Assembly (NCBI GenBank): GCA_963736705.1 | Contig: CAVTPV010000001.1 | Location: 485,232-549,231, forward strand | Length of the DNA stretch: 64,000 nucleotides | Direction: 5' to 3' | From: an uncultured Actinomycetota bacterium | GTDB taxonomy: Bacteria > Actinomycetota > Thermoleophilia > RBG-16-64-13 | Shown here: positions 48,922 through 58,252 of the stretch, piece by piece | How positions within the stretch are numbered: the first letter of the stretch is position 1 | Layout of the letters: every line of letters starts with the position of its first letter | Notes under the pieces: model-generated | Databases searched by the model: none | What the model was told of the DNA's origin: nothing | What the model saw: the letters and a program-made list of their open reading frames with translations, nothing else | Program-made: the position numbers and the translations under genes

Positions 48922-50572
48922 ATGGGAGTCAGCACGGGTACGACGAGCGCTGCGGGAACAGCAGGCCGGACCAGGAAGCGCAAGCCGAGGCGCACCATTC
49001 ACTGGCTGCGTCTGGGCGTGCAGATCGTGGTGGCGGTCTTCGTGCTCCTCCTGAGCATCGGGCACACCCTGGCCTGGAGCTGGTCCGCCAACCTGCACAG
49101 CATCTGCCCGTTCGGCGGCGTCGCCAACCTGTACACGTACTTCTCCACCGGGGGCTACGTGGCCAAGCTCCATTCGGCTGTGTTCGTGATGCTCCTCGCC
49201 CTGGTGATCGGCCTGGTGCTCACCGGGAAGTCGTTCTGCGGGTGGATCTGCCCGCTGGGGACTGTCCAGGAACTGCTGGGCAAGGCCGGGCAGGCGGCTC
49301 TGGCCGCGGCTGTACAACCGGGTGCCCCACAAGGTGGAGCGCGTCCTTTTCTACGGCAAGTACGTGATGCTCATCTGGATCATCGTGCAGACGGCCCGCT
49401 CCGCCCGACTGTTCTTCGAGTCTTTCGATCCGTACTACAACCTGTTCACCATCTGGTCGGACGAGGTGGCGTGGATCGGCTACTTGGTGGTGGGAGCCAC
49501 GCTGTTCGCCGCCCTCTTCATCGAGCGGCCCTTCTCGCGCTATGCCTGCCCGCTCGGCGCGGTCAACGGGTTCTTCAACTCCTTCTCGCTCTTCCAGATC
49601 AAACGCGACGCCGCCAGTTGCACCGACTGCGGCCGCTGCGACAAGGTCTGCCCGGTGAAGATCGACGTCTCGCATGCAACCGCGGTCCGGAGCATCGAAT
49701 GCACCCGGTGCCTCGAATGTGTCGAGGCCTGTCCGGTGAACACCCGGACCGGCAACACCCTCAAACTGAAGACCATCTTCCCCTGGACCCGCATGGGCCG
49801 TAAGCCCCTGCCCACGCGCGTGTTCGCGGTCATCGCCATCCTCGCGTTCGCTGCGCCGATCGCGATCACCATCGGCACCGGGGACTTCGTGGTCACCAAC
49901 ACCCACGTCTATTCCAGTCCGGCGGACATCAAGGGTTCGTCCCCGCTCGATGATCTCGTGGACAACTTCTCGGTGTCCAAGGAGGCGCTCTACAACGGCA
50001 TAGGTATCCCGTCGTCGGTGGGCGCGGCCACCCAGATCAAGGACCTGGCCGCCAAGATGGGGCTCCCGGAGGGCGAAGAGACGGTGTCGCCCTCCACGAT
50101 CCGGATCATCATCACCTACCTTGACTCCCCGCTGTCCACCTTCGTGACTGAGGGAGGGGCGGACCAAGCGGCGGTGTCGGCGGCGGCGGCCGCGGCCGGG
50201 CTCACAGAGTCATCCACCGTCCGCCAACTCATGGAGTTGGGGGCCCCGGGAGCGGTGCTTCTGGCGCTGACGACGACTTCGGCGGAGGCGCCCGGGGCGA
50301 CGGAAAGCACGGCGCCGGCGAGCGCGGAGCCGGCGCCGGCGACGCCCACCTCGGAGACGCCCGCCGCGTCTGAGACGGGAGACGGCACTGCCGAGATCAA
50401 GGGCTCGACGACCCTCGACCAGGTAAGAGGCATGGTGTCCGACTTCCCGGCCTTCCTGTCCGAGTTCGGCATCGATCCTTCGGAGCCCGGTACCGCCGCG
50501 ATGAAGGATCTCAAGACCACGTACGGGTTCGAGTTGGACAGCGTTCGCACCTACATCGCGGACCATCAGTGA
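48922..50572 (+). pseudogene. NapH/MauN-like membrane polyferredoxin with a long C-terminal extension, frame break near 49290
   Basis: AAGGAGAG then ATG 48922. SFCGWICPLGTVQE, RYACPLGAV, CTDCGRCDKVCP, CTRCLECVEACP. The C-terminal extension has two IKGS-type about-45-aa repeats separated by an Ala/Thr/Pro linker. Confidence 0.65.
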
Positions 50573-50651
50573 TCGGTCACGACTGAGGCTATACTCGATG
50601 ACGGGACGGCGGCCTACGGCCGACCGTCCCGTATCAGGCTTGGAGGTGGAG

Positions 50652-51098
50652 ATGAAGCGATTCGGCCGATGGACGGTACCCCTGACGGGTGTGGGCGTTG
50701 TCGCCCTCGTCGCCCTTGCCGCCTTCCTCATCCTCGACTTGAGCAGCCGCTCGGTGGACCCGTCGTCACTCCCGGTCATCCAACTGGGGCAGACGGGAAC
50801 AAGCCAATCAGGCCAGAACACGCCCGGGTCTGGAACCGCGGGTCAGGGCCCCGGGCCGGGCCAGTCCACCGGCGACCCGGGCACGTCCACCACCGTGGCG
50901 CCGGGACCGGGCGTCACCTCGGTGACGGCGGCGGGCGCTACCTCAACGACCACGACGCCAGGAGGGTCCACCACCACGGGCAGTACCGTCCGCGAGACCA
51001 TCAACGGGGGCGTGCATACTGGGACCACCGGCGGCACGAGTTCCAGCGGGACGACCGGGACTTCGACAGGATCGACAGGATCGACCGGAGGACGGTGA
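50652..51098 (+). CDS. membrane-anchored low-complexity (Gly/Thr/Ser/Pro-rich) protein
   Basis: MKRFGRWTVPLTGVGVVALVALAAFLILDL anchor, then a disordered G/T/S-rich tail. The stop lies 4 nt before the response-regulator ATG. Confidence 0.45.
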   Translation: MKRFGRWTVPLTGVGVVALVALAAFLILDLSSRSVDPSSLPVIQLGQTGTSQSGQNTPGSGTAGQGPGPGQSTGDPGTSTTVAPGPGVTSVTAAGATSTTTTPGGSTTTGSTVRETINGGVHTGTTGGTSSSGTTGTSTGSTGSTGGR

Positions 51099-51102
51099 TG
51101 GC

Positions 51103-51777
51103 ATGCGGGTGCTGGTAGTCGAAGACGAAGAGAGAGTGGCCTCCTTCATCGCGAAGGGGCTCGAGGGCGCCGGCTACGCGACCGAGGTGGCGAGCAGTGG
51201 CGCCGAAGCCCTGGATTCGTTCCGGGAGCGGGGCGCCGATCTGGTCCTCCTGGACGTCGGCCTTCCCGATATCGACGGGTTCTCCGTACTCAAAGAACTG
51301 CGCAAGGTCGACCAGGAGACCCCGGTGATCATGCTGACCGCGCGGGGAGACGTGGCTTCCCGGGTGCAGGGACTCGACCTGGGCGCTGACGACTACCTGC
51401 CCAAACCGTTCGACTTCGACGAGTTGGTGGCCCGCATCCGGGCTCAGCTCCGTCACAGCGGGCAGCCGCAGGCGTCCGTGCTGCAGGCCGGCGATCTTCA
51501 GCTGGACCTCAAGACCCGGCGCGCCCAGCGCGGCGAACGCGGCACCGACCTCACCTCTCGCGAATTCGCCTTCCTGGAGTTCCTCCTGCGGCACGAAGGC
51601 CAGGTGCTGTCCCGCTCTCAGATCCTCGGCAGCGTCTGGGGATACGGGTTCGATCCGCAGAGCAACGTGGTGGACGTCTACGTGGGCTACCTGCGCGGCA
51701 AGCTTGACCGGCCCGGAGAGACGACCATCATCGAGACCGTCCGGGGAGGCGGCTATCGCCTCCGGGTACCCGCTTGA
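51103..51777 (+). CDS. OmpR-family response regulator
   Basis: Receiver domain (VLVVEDEE...DLVLLDVGLPDIDG...MLTARG) plus a winged-helix output domain (LTSREFAFLEFLLRHEGQVLSR...VDVYVGYLRGKL). Confidence 0.9.
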   Translation: MRVLVVEDEERVASFIAKGLEGAGYATEVASSGAEALDSFRERGADLVLLDVGLPDIDGFSVLKELRKVDQETPVIMLTARGDVASRVQGLDLGADDYLPKPFDFDELVARIRAQLRHSGQPQASVLQAGDLQLDLKTRRAQRGERGTDLTSREFAFLEFLLRHEGQVLSRSQILGSVWGYGFDPQSNVVDVYVGYLRGKLDRPGETTIIETVRGGGYRLRVPA

Positions 51778-53150
51778 GGCGCCGCCTCACCCTTTGGTTC
51801 GTCTTCGCGGTCCTGCTCATGGCTGTTCTCGGGGCAGCCGCTATGTACGCGACCCTGTCCCATCAGCTCCATGACGGCCTGGACTCGCGCTTGGAGCAAC
51901 AGCTCACCCGGTATCAGGAGACGGCTTCCACCGCCACCGACGAGCAGTCCCTGATAGACATCACCCGCTCCTTCCTCTCGGGCAGCAAGGCCAACCCTCT
52001 GCGGCAGAACGGTCTCGTGCTGACACTCCTCACCCAGAGCGGCTCCGTCATCTCGAGCTCGGACGCCATCCATCCGGAGGAACTCTCGCAGAGCGCCCAG
52101 GTCCTCGCGACCGGTAAGCCCTTCCTGGCAGACGCGCGGCTGGGCAGCGGGGAGTACCGCGTGGCCGGCACCGCTGTGAAGAACGGCACCGAGGTGGTGG
52201 CCGCGGTCATGATCGCCGGCTCTCTCTCCGAAGTGACCTCGACGCTCAACAGCCTGCTCCTCCTGCTCGTCGTGGGAGGCATCATCGGATGCGCCGTTGT
52301 GGGCCTCGGCACCTGGTTCCTTCTGGGCCGCGCCCTGGAGCCGGTGCGCCGGATCACCCGCACCGCCGCCGCCATCTCCCGCGAAGACCTGTCCGAACGC
52401 ATCGGCTACCACGGTCCCAAGGACGAGATAGGCGATCTGGCCAGCACCATGGACGGCATGCTCGATCGCATCGAGACGGCATTCTCAGCCCAGGAACAGT
52501 TCATCTCCGACGTATCCCACGAGCTGCGCACGCCCCTCACCATCGTGAAGGGCCACCTTCAGGTGCTGGACCGGGTCGAGGAGCCCGACCCACGGCTGGT
52601 CAAGGCCGAGCACTCGCTCGTGATCGACGAACTGGACCGGATGAACCGGCTCATCGCCGACCTGCTCACCCTCGCCCGGGCGGGGCGCGGGGACTTCCTG
52701 CGGAAGGAGCGGCTCGACCTCGACCTGTTCGTCAGCTCGCTCGCTGCCCAGGGGCAGCATCTGGGTGAGAGGGAGTGGAAGGTGGACGGACTTCCCGGTG
52801 GCGCCATCGAGGCCGACCAAGACCGCCTGACCCAGATCTTCCTCAACCTGATGCAGAACGCAGTGGCTCACACGACGCCCGGTCAGACGATCGCCCTCGG
52901 AGGCTCGCGGGACGATGGTGCAGCCAAGGTGAGCTTGTGGGTGCGGGACGAAGGCGAAGGGATGGGCGAAGAGGTTGCCCGCCACGTGTTCGAGCGCTTC
53001 TATCGCGGCAAGGGCGACACCGCGGGGGGCCGCGTCGGCCTCGGTCTCGCGATCGCGAAGGCGCTTGTGGCGGCCCACGAGGGGACCATCTCGGTGGAGA
53101 GCTCGCCCGGGCGCGGAGCCACCTTCACCGTGACGCTTCCGAGCGCCTGA
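51774..53150 (+). CDS. sensor histidine kinase (two TM segments, HAMP, HisKA, HATPase)
   Basis: TTG start overlapping the RR stop. H-box FISDVSHELRTPLT. N/G boxes LMQNAVAHT, DEGEGM, GLGLAIAK. Confidence 0.9.
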   Translation: MRRRLTLWFVFAVLLMAVLGAAAMYATLSHQLHDGLDSRLEQQLTRYQETASTATDEQSLIDITRSFLSGSKANPLRQNGLVLTLLTQSGSVISSSDAIHPEELSQSAQVLATGKPFLADARLGSGEYRVAGTAVKNGTEVVAAVMIAGSLSEVTSTLNSLLLLLVVGGIIGCAVVGLGTWFLLGRALEPVRRITRTAAAISREDLSERIGYHGPKDEIGDLASTMDGMLDRIETAFSAQEQFISDVSHELRTPLTIVKGHLQVLDRVEEPDPRLVKAEHSLVIDELDRMNRLIADLLTLARAGRGDFLRKERLDLDLFVSSLAAQGQHLGEREWKVDGLPGGAIEADQDRLTQIFLNLMQNAVAHTTPGQTIALGGSRDDGAAKVSLWVRDEGEGMGEEVARHVFERFYRGKGDTAGGRVGLGLAIAKALVAAHEGTISVESSPGRGATFTVTLPSA

Positions 53151-53302
53151 GCCCCGGCGCGGCGGCCCGCCGCGCTCTCCTGGACACTCTAAGGGCTTTC
53201 TCATCCGCCGTTAATGATGGCCTCATCGGCACGCCCGATAGTAGTAAGTGTCGGGCAAGACCGACAAGCCATGCACAAGGAATGTGATGCAAGGAGGCAG
53301 TA

Positions 53303-53749
53303 ATGCTTAAACGGAAATGGGTGATCATCCTCGCGGTGGTCGTCCTCTTCACACTGGTCGTAGCTGGCACGGCTCTGGCCGGCGCCGGCCCGCAGTCGAG
53401 GACCAACAGCACCGTCGTGCCGAGCAGTTCCACGACAGGCGTACCGAGCACCGCGACCACGTGCTCCCCCAGCACCACCTGCACGCCGAGCACCCTGAGA
53501 GGAGCCGCGGTGGCGCCGGCGGCAGCCACCAGCACCGCCAGCACGCTCCGCACTCAGACCCAGCTGCAGGACGAGACCTGCGACGGCACCTGCACGCCGA
53601 GCACCCTGCGGACGCAGACCCAGTTGCAGGACGAGACCTGCGATGGCACCTGCGATCCGACGAGCGCCACGGCACAGGACCAGTCCAGGGATCATTCTGG
53701 CGTCCGCGATGGTAGCGGTGACGGCAACAACTACGCCCACGGCAACTGA
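53303..53749 (+). CDS. secreted Thr/Ser/Cys-rich repeat protein
   Basis: AAGGAGG then ATG 53303. Signal peptide ...VVAGTALAGA. Repeated STLRTQTQLQDETCDGTC units; Asp/Gly-rich tail. Confidence 0.6.
   Translation: MLKRKWVIILAVVVLFTLVVAGTALAGAGPQSRTNSTVVPSSSTTGVPSTATTCSPSTTCTPSTLRGAAVAPAAATSTASTLRTQTQLQDETCDGTCTPSTLRTQTQLQDETCDGTCDPTSATAQDQSRDHSGVRDGSGDGNNYAHGN
53541..53660 (+). repeat. tandem 60-nt coding repeat (2 full units; an 18-nt partial copy at 53480-53497)
   Basis: Units 53541-53600 and 53601-53660 differ at about 9 positions. TGCACGCCGAGCACCCTG is exact at 53480 and 53591. Confidence 0.85.
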
Positions 53750-53802
53750 GGGGAAGCTGTTTCCGGCACCCGGGAACGGTAGTCCGATCCTGAGATGAGT
53801 CC

Positions 53803-53839
53803 GGGGCGCATGCCCCCCGATCCGGGGGGCATGCGCCCC
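53803..53839. terminator. perfect 16-bp hairpin between convergent genes
   Basis: GGGGCGCATGCCCCCC-GATCC-GGGGGGCATGCGCCCC. The T-tract is weak (GTTCCCC). Confidence 0.55.
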
Positions 53840-53915
53840 GTTCCCCGATGTACAGAAGGATTGTGTGGCTACAGCACCTGGTAGACGTCGTACTGACGCC
53901 CAGAGCCTCTGCAGT

Positions 53916-54383
53916 CTACTGCCCGCCGGCGCCGCGGATCTTGGCGACGGCGTCAACGGCGTGTTCTGAGAGTCGCTGCATGGAATTCGCCCGCTGCGAC
54001 AGGGAATGAGCCATCACCTCGAGAGCCTCCAGGCCCTGCTGCGTGATGAGGTAGACCCGCCTGCCCGGCCCGGACTCCGGCGTCTCCCACGACGAGGTGA
54101 CGAGTCCCTCTTCCTCCATGGCGCGCAGGAGCCGGTACATGCTGCCGGCGTCGATGCACACCAGTTCCGAAGCCAGAGCATCGAGCTGGTCGACGAGTTC
54201 GTAGCCGTGGGAGCTCGATTCGGCGAGCGACGAAAGTATCGCCACCTCCATGACCGACCTCCGGTAGCGCCCGCCGCCCGCTCCGCCTCCGCCGGCCCAG
54301 CCTTCGGCGGCGCCACCACATGCGGCGCGCCCCGCCCCCTGCCTGCCTCGACCGCGAGGTCCAGTATCGTCAGTACTAGCCAT
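53916..54383 (-). CDS. PadR-family transcriptional regulator with a Gly/Arg-rich N-terminal extension
   Basis: AILSSLAESSSHGYELVDQL...GSMYRLLRAMEEEGLVTSSWE...GRRVYLITQQG. The ATG overlaps the upstream stop by 8 nt. Confidence 0.75.
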   Translation of the reverse strand: MASTDDTGPRGRGRQGAGRAACGGAAEGWAGGGGAGGGRYRRSVMEVAILSSLAESSSHGYELVDQLDALASELVCIDAGSMYRLLRAMEEEGLVTSSWETPESGPGRRVYLITQQGLEALEVMAHSLSQRANSMQRLSEHAVDAVAKIRGAGGQ

Positions 54384-54774
54384 CGGCTGACACCCGGCCT
54401 CTCTCCTGCTTGCTGACTGGTCTGAACACGAAATCGTCTATCGCGTTGCGAAGAGCAGTCGCCGCGTGGGCGGAACAATGCTCCTTCGCGGCCGGCAACC
54501 CGCCCAAAGCGCGCACGATATCGACGTCGTCGACCTGGTACGCGTCTTCGAGCGTCATGCCCGACACCATCTCGCTCATCATACTGCAGCAGGCTATCGC
54601 TGCCGGGCATCCTTGCACCTTGTACTTCACTTCGCACAAGCGCTCGTCGCCGATCCGTATCCACACCTTGAAGAAGTCGCCGCACCCGGGATCCCCGACC
54701 GTCCCCACGCCGTGCGGATCCTCTATCTCCCCGACATTGCGAGGGTTGAAGAAGTGATCCAGCACCGGGGCCAC
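54376..54774 (-). CDS. NifU/IscU-like Fe-S scaffold N-terminal-domain protein
   Basis: GTG 54774 after GGGAG gives MAPVLDHFFNPRNVGEIEDP...GDPGCGDFFKVWI...VQGCPAAIACCS...EHCSAHA. Confidence 0.75.
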   Translation of the reverse strand: MAPVLDHFFNPRNVGEIEDPHGVGTVGDPGCGDFFKVWIRIGDERLCEVKYKVQGCPAAIACCSMMSEMVSGMTLEDAYQVDDVDIVRALGGLPAAKEHCSAHAATALRNAIDDFVFRPVSKQERGRVSADG

Positions 54775-54809
54775 GTAGACTCCCGGCCGGCGGGGGACGT
54801 CGACTGGAT

Positions 54810-56033
54810 CTAGTGGTCGCACACGTTATCCCCGGTGACGAGCTGACCGGCCAGGTAGTCGCCGACCACCGTTGCCGGCTCCATGGCCGGCGCCCCGGTG
54901 ATCACCGTGATGCCCTGCTCGACGAACAGTTCATGGGCCCGCGATCCCATCCCCCCGGCGATGATGAACTGGGCGCCTCGGGCCGCCAGCCAAGCGGGCA
55001 GCTTGCCGGGCTCGTGCACCGGCGCCGTCACCATGGTGGTGTCGAGCAGCTGCTTGGAGAGGGCATCGACATCGATGAGGGCGAACTCGTCGCAATGGCC
55101 GAAGTGCTGGCAGAGCACGCCGCCGGTGACGGGCACGGCGAAACGAGTGACGGATTCGTTGATGGGAGCAGCGGCCACGGGGGCCTCCTTTTCCAGATCC
55201 ATGGCGAGGATCGGCTCGAGCGCTTTGGCGAACTCACGGGCGGCGGGGCTGGACGGGTGTAGATGAACGAACGACACGCCTGCATCGCCGGAACTGACGA
55301 TCGCCGGGTCGAGCGGGATGCTGGCGAGCAACGGGACGCCGGCCTTCTCCGCCATGGCCGCGCCGCCACCCTTGCTGAAGACGTGCGTCACTTCCCCGCA
55401 ATGGGGGCAGACGAAGCCGGCCATGTTCTCGACGACCCCGAGGACCTTCAGGTCGAGCATCGAGCAGAACTTGATCGAGCGGCGGACGTTGGCGAGCGCC
55501 GTCTCCTGGGGAGTCGTCACGATGATGGCGCCGTCCAACACGCCGATCGCCTGGCAGACTGCCAGCGGCTCGTCGCCGGTACCGGGCGGGGAGTCGACTA
55601 TGAGGTAGTCGAGTTCGCCCCACTCCACTTCGCCGAGGAACTGCTGGATGGCCACGGCCTTCATGGGCCCGCGCCACACGACCGCTTCATCCTTCTCCCC
55701 GAGCAGGAACCCGATGGACATGACCTTGAGGTTCGAGCCGACCTCGATGGGCACGAGCGTCTCGCCGTCGACCGCCGGGCGGCTGCCCTGAAGCCCGAGC
55801 AACTGGGGCACGGTGGGGCCGTGCAGATCGACGTCCAAGAGCCCCACCTGCTTGCCTTCCAGCGCCAGCGAGGTGGCCAGGTTGACCGAGACGGTGCTCT
55901 TGCCCACGCCGCCCTTGCCCGACAGCACGACGATCTTGTGCTTGATACGGGCCATCCTCTGTCCGATCGCGTCGTCCCGCTCGTCGTGCGGGTGCGAGCA
56001 ATCTGTTTCCCCGTGCGAACAACTCATACTCAT
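54810..56033 (-). CDS. Mrp/ApbC (NBP35)-type Fe-S carrier ATPase fused to a C-terminal NifB/NifX-family domain
   Basis: ATG 56033 overlaps the upstream stop (ATGA). His/Cys-rich N-terminus, KIVVLSGKGGVGKSTV, FVCPHCG. C-terminal RFAVPVTGGVLCQHFGHCDEFALIDV...FIIAGGMG. Uninterrupted. Confidence 0.8.
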   Translation of the reverse strand: MSMSCSHGETDCSHPHDERDDAIGQRMARIKHKIVVLSGKGGVGKSTVSVNLATSLALEGKQVGLLDVDLHGPTVPQLLGLQGSRPAVDGETLVPIEVGSNLKVMSIGFLLGEKDEAVVWRGPMKAVAIQQFLGEVEWGELDYLIVDSPPGTGDEPLAVCQAIGVLDGAIIVTTPQETALANVRRSIKFCSMLDLKVLGVVENMAGFVCPHCGEVTHVFSKGGGAAMAEKAGVPLLASIPLDPAIVSSGDAGVSFVHLHPSSPAAREFAKALEPILAMDLEKEAPVAAAPINESVTRFAVPVTGGVLCQHFGHCDEFALIDVDALSKQLLDTTMVTAPVHEPGKLPAWLAARGAQFIIAGGMGSRAHELFVEQGITVITGAPAMEPATVVGDYLAGQLVTGDNVCDH

Positions 56034-56960
56034 GCCTCCATCAGCATTGCCTGGATTGAATCCCACATTTCCGCTATCTGCCGGGCCACCGGGCTCCGGC
56101 CGTATTCGATGATGCTCTTGCCATCGGTCTGCGCGCGAGCGACGGCGAGGTCGTAGTCGAGTCTCGCGACCACCGGCGCGTCCCACTCGACGCAGCGCTT
56201 CTCTATCTCTGCCGCCATGTCGGGGTTGATGTCCCACCTGTTGATGCACACGGCAAGCGGCCGGCCGAATCCCTTCGCCAACTCGACCACTCTCTGCAGG
56301 TCGTGCAGCCCGGAGACGCTCGGCTCGGTTACCAGGAGCACGAGGTCGGCGCCCGTCACGGACGCGATGACCGGGCAGCCGATGCCCGGAGGGCCATCGA
56401 CCAGCACGAGCGGAGTGCTCGCCTGCTCCGCCAGCTCCCGCGCCCGCTCCCTCACGAGACGTCACCAGCTTCCCGGAGTTCTCGCCCCCGGCGAACAAGC
56501 GGGCATGCACGAGCGGCCCATGCCGGGTATCGGAGAGGAAGAGTTCGCCCCTTTGCGGTTCGAACGTCTCGATGGCCGCGTCCGGGCATGCCAGTTCGCA
56601 CAGCCCGCAGCCTTCGCACGCAAGCGGATCGATCGAGTGGATCAAGGCGCCGTCTCGGTCCTTGCCGTTCGCCGGCCCCAGCAGGACGGCCTCGAACCGG
56701 CAGAGTAGGCGGCAGTCCCCGCACTGGCTGCAGCGGTCCGCGTCGATCCGGGCCTGATACCCGGAGAAGAACGGCTCCTTCTTGAGCCGGACCGGAGCCA
56801 GCACGAGATGCAGGTCCGGCGCGTCGACATCACAATCGGCCAGCACGGTGTGGTCAGCCAGGGAAGCGAGGGCAGCGATGACGCTCGTCTTGCCCGTGCC
56901 CCCCTTGCCGCTCAGCACCACCAACTCTTTCGGCTTCGCTCCCGGCGGACACGCGCTCAT
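56030..56960 (-). pseudogene. MinD/CooC-like P-loop ATPase with inserted 2x[4Fe-4S] ferredoxin domain, frame break near 56455
   Basis: ATG 56960 (ATGA overlap). LVVLSGKGGTGKTS, CSQCGDCRLLC, CEGCGLCELACP. C-terminal part in ORF 56030..56455. Confidence 0.75.
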
Positions 56961-57875
56961 CGGGCCACCTCCTCGCCATGATGGTGCGCACATCCATGTG
57001 CGGCGGACGCGCTTCTCGAGGCCGCCGATGGGCCCATGGCGAGCAGCGTGCGACCCAGGCCGCGCAGACCGGCGGTGAACCCTGCTTCGACCCCCGCGAG
57101 GGTCTCGCCACGCGATGACGCTTCCGCGATGCCGCGATCCTCCGGGATCTCCAGCAGAGACGGGTATCCGCTGCTCCCGGCAGTACCGCGCGACACCGTC
57201 GTCGCCGATCCCCGCCCGGTTGATGACGACTCCGAAGGGGACGCCGAGTTCGCGCACCGTCTCCACGGCAAGCCGCAGATCGTGCAGTCCGAAGCGAGTG
57301 GGCTCCGTCACCAGTATCGCGTGGTCGCAGTCCTTCATCGCCTCGACCGCAGGGCACGCCACTCCGGGAGGAGCATCGATGATGACGAGATCGAGCGGCG
57401 GAGCCCCGGTCAGGTCCTTGACCTCCCGGATCACCGGAGCGGACCGCGCCTCGCCCACGTTCAGGCTCCCCCACCTCAGGTAGACGCCTTGGACGAAGCC
57501 CGCTCCGACGCCACCTATCTCCCGGCTCCCCTGGGCGATCGCCACCTCAGGGCAGGCGTAGGTGCAGACGCCGCAACCGTGGCAGAGTTCGGGCAGCAGG
57601 AGCGGGCGGCCGGGAAGAGCGACCAGCGCGTGGAACCGGCAGGCGCGAGCGCACGCGCCACATCCGGTGCAGATAGCGTCGTCGATGTCGGGGACCATGG
57701 TCGTCACCGGGGAAGTGGCGGCGAAGGACGGCCGCAGGTACAGGTGGCAGTTGGGCTCCTCGACGTCGCAATCGAGAAGCCCGACCGCCGCTTCTTCCGC
57801 CATCACCAGCGCCAGATTGACCGCCACCGTGGTCTTCCCGGTGCCGCCCTTGCCGCTGGCTACAACGATCTTCAT
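56957..57875 (-). pseudogene. MinD/CooC-like P-loop ATPase with inserted 2x[4Fe-4S] ferredoxin domain, frame break near 57170
   Basis: ATG 57875 after GAAGGAAGG. KIVVASGKGGTGKTT, CTGCGACARAC, CHGCGVCTYACP. C-terminal part in ORF 56957..57271. Confidence 0.75.
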
Positions 57876-57892
57876 TCCGCGAGACCTTCCTT

Positions 57893-58252
57893 CTACCAAT
57901 GGCCGTCGACGTTGGCCGACCCGGCCGGCAGGAACTGGCCGTGATCGAACTTGTCCAGGTTCTCACTCACGGTACCTTCCGGCGCGAGGTAGACCCTGAT
58001 GCCGGCGGCCTGCAACGCTCGAAATGCCTTCGGGCCACAATTGCCCGTGATGACCGCCTCAGCCTTGTTGTCGATGACGTTCTGCGCGGCCTGGATGCCG
58101 GCGCCTTCGGCCACGTTCATCGCCACCGCGTTGTCGAGGGCGGTGAAGGTGCGTAGCGGCGTGTCTACGAAGAGCAGGTACTTGGCCCTGCCGAACCGAG
58201 GATCGAACGGGCTGGAGAGTTCAGGACCGGTGGACGTGATGGCCAGCTTCAT
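57893..58252 (-). CDS. NifB/NifX-family (dinitrogenase Fe-Mo cofactor-binding-fold) protein
   Basis: MKLAITSTGPELSSPFDPRFGRAKYLLFVD...AVITGNCGPKAFRAL; 119 aa. Confidence 0.8.
   Translation of the reverse strand: MKLAITSTGPELSSPFDPRFGRAKYLLFVDTPLRTFTALDNAVAMNVAEGAGIQAAQNVIDNKAEAVITGNCGPKAFRALQAAGIRVYLAPEGTVSENLDKFDHGQFLPAGSANVDGHW

Noticed and set aside
47025-49803. Long ORFs 47025..48443 (472 aa) and 47932..49803 (623 aa) as real proteins
   Set aside because: Large parts are Arg/Pro/Gly-rich out-of-frame readings. Recognisable protein segments (QmoC-like, DsrE-like, NapH-like) enter and leave these frames. RBS+ATG signals at 48241 and 48922 mark the real gene starts.
54810-57899. 1029-aa ORF that could be read as one giant multidomain ATPase
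   Set aside because: It is three genes. Internal ATGs at 56960 and 56033 each overlap a TGA (ATGA) reached in neighbouring frames (ORFs 56957..57271 and 56030..56455). Each unit is a complete P-loop protein. The long ORF exists only because out-of-frame stretches happen to lack stops in this GC-rich DNA.
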